A stretch of DNA of 64,000 nucleotides, from positions 19,344,001-19,408,000 of the forward strand of contig CM060734.1 of assembly GCA_030704615.1 (NCBI GenBank). Direction: 5' to 3'. The position numbers and the translations under genes are program-made. Below, one piece after another: positions 62,118 through 64,000 of the stretch (its first letter is position 1; every line of letters begins with the position of its first letter). The notes beneath the pieces are model-generated. The model was not told where the DNA came from. It did no database searches and saw nothing but the letters and a program-made list of their open reading frames with translations. This DNA is from Takakia lepidozioides. Lineage: Eukaryota > Plantae > Bryophyta.

Positions 62118-64000
62118 TTGTCCATCCCTTCCCGGTCCTTTCTCTTGGCACCCCATCCGAGAACAACCCAAGTACATCTGGCGGGAGCCATGGGCGAGAC
62201 GCCACCCCCACGGTACCGGACGATGATGACGATGACAATGACAGTGACAGTGACAACATCAATGAGCATGGAATTAACCAGGAGGATGTGCAAGCCATGG
62301 AGGATCTCTTAATGCATCATGTGGGCGCTGATGCATCCTATGGAGAGGGAACCCGACCAATCGATGATCCTAAAATGGCCCCCTCAAATGACATGGAGAA
62401 GGAGGCGAGAACTCCCTTGTACGAAGGGGCGAAAGTTAGTCGACTTTCAACAATCTTACTTTTGCTCAATCTTCAAATTCGATTTGGCATAAGTAATGTT
62501 GGGATGTCTGCCATAATGCAAACTATTGCAGACTATATCCTTGCTCCACACTTGAAACCCAAGATGCCACAGTCGCGGAAAGAGACGCGCGAAGTCTTGG
62601 ACTTTGTGGGGATGGGCTATAAGATTTTTCATGCATGTCCATGTGATAAAACCCTATACTACGGAGAGGATTCGCGTCTCACCAAGTGCCCAAAGTGCAA
62701 GAAAGACCGATATCGGGATGATGTCCAAGGGAAAAAAATACCACGCAAGGTATAAGCGCCATTCCCCCTCGCATGGAAATTATTTTCTTTAATCTTCTCA
62801 ATGCATGTAACGTGGATTCCACAAAGTTTAGGGTTTAGAGAGTAGTACTCATGCAAGATCTGATTGTGGTTTTGGAAAGAGTGAGTGAGGAGTGGAAGAA
62901 GTGACGTTCGGTTTTGACCATTCACGCCCAAATGAGGGTGAGGTTGCATAAAGGGAAAGACATAAGGGTGTTGTATTATGTGTGTTAATGGGATGATTAC
63001 ATGTGGGGGACGTGGGGTATTTCATCCTAGAAAATGCATTATTTTCCGATTATCCCGCGATTGAGGGCACAGTACCGAAGCCCCAAATTGGCCAGACTCA
63101 TGAGATGGCACGCCTCGCATCGGAGCCCCCCGGGAAATGTGTGCGGGCCACAAGATTCACAAGCATGGAGGCATATTGAAGAGATGTGGCCTTTTCTTTT
63201 GGAGGACCCACGACATGTCCATCTCGGCTTCTCTTCGGATGGGGTCAACCCATTCTCTGTCCAGTCATGTAGTCATTCCACTTGGCCGGTGACCATGGTG
63301 AATTACAACATCCCTCCGTATCTTTCAATTAAAAAATGCCATATCATGTTGGCTGCCATTGTGCCAGGTGAGTGTTCTCATTTCATGTTTATTATTGCCT
63401 TGGACTTTATATTAAACTTCTGATCTTTGACGCAATTCGGATGCAAGATTGATGAGTGACATAATCATGGAGTAAGACGTGTAATTCATTTTGTAGTATA
63501 ATTTGCATATTGGTGGAGCATTGAAATAATGATGTGAATATCTCATAGGAAAAAAAACAAGTGACAAACATGGACACGTACTTGCGACCTCTTGTTGATG
63601 AACTTAAGGAGCTATGGAGAGGGGGTCCCGACATTGGATGTTTCACTCGACCCTATGGCCAGACAATCTTTTCAGATGAGAGGCATCTTGCTTTGGACAA
63701 TGCATGATTATCCAGGTATATTATGTTCCCCATGAACAACCCACGTACATTCACTTGTCAATGCCGGATAATATTGATGAGGATTGGGATTGATTGAAGT
63801 AGCGGCGACAATCTTGTGCACCGTAGTGGGGTAGATGGCATTATGGGCCATGCACATGACAACTTTTTGTCTTTGCTAATGTGGCGGGATGTGTAGTACA
63901 GGACTAACTGTTTGCTCGGGGCTAAGCACCAAAGGGTACCATGCATGCTTGCATTGTGGCGATGATCTTAATGCACATAGCTCCCGCCATCTTCACAATA
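62118..64000 (+). mobile_element. CACTA/En-Spm Tnp2-family (Transposase_21) transposase, spliced, runs off the right edge
   Basis: TPLYEG, IFHACPCDKTLY..KCPKC..RY, IPRK / HYFPIIPRL, WH, DSQAWRHI, DPRHVHLGFSSDGVNPF..HSTWPV..NYNIPP, IVPG / MDTYLRPLVDELKELW, LLWTMHDYPG / GLSTKGYHACLHC. Exons about 62118-62750, 63031-63368, 63549-63716, 63902-64000. Confidence 0.93.

Noticed and set aside
62826-62838. TTTAGGG telomere-like repeats (also at 51956)
   Set aside because: Only about 2 units inside TE sequence; not a telomere array.

Overview
Eukaryotic, intron-rich land-plant genomic DNA. The repeat types and gene sequences suggest a non-seed plant, probably a bryophyte (inference only). I reconstructed three spliced host genes by hand, all on the minus strand. 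(1) Alpha-glucan water dikinase GWD1/SEX1: 16 exons from 10276 to 979, continuing off the left edge. (2) A complete KONJAC/GMPPA-type GDP-mannose pyrophosphorylase-like gene: 15 exons, 18774-11796. (3) An RDR3/4/5 (RDR-gamma)-type RNA-dependent RNA polymerase: 13 in-frame exons, 48763-29821, 5' exons not found. It carries a canonical DLDGD catalytic motif rather than the DFDGD of angiosperm RDR-gamma. Between genes 2 and 3 is a decayed DUF2921 gene fragment inside a C/A-skewed repetitive block. Introns are heavily colonised by an RTEX-like LINE with a (CATTT)n tail and a conserved 3' hairpin; copies range from about 21 bp to 2.1 kb, are nested in each other and are mostly sense to the host genes. 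A second LINE family is also present. The right 15 kb is a DNA-transposon nest: a DUF7869/Sola-like transposase fragment, long inverted arms full of TCATCC-N5-GGATGA dyads, three copies of a palindromic hairpin cassette, an unknown pseudogene, a decayed SET-domain gene and a CACTA Tnp2 transposase running off the right edge. The best leads are the transposon-associated SET gene, the DLDGD RDR-gamma, the inverted LINE pair bracketing four RDR exons, and the LINE hairpin/self-targeting behaviour. No database searches were run; family assignments come from recognised motifs.
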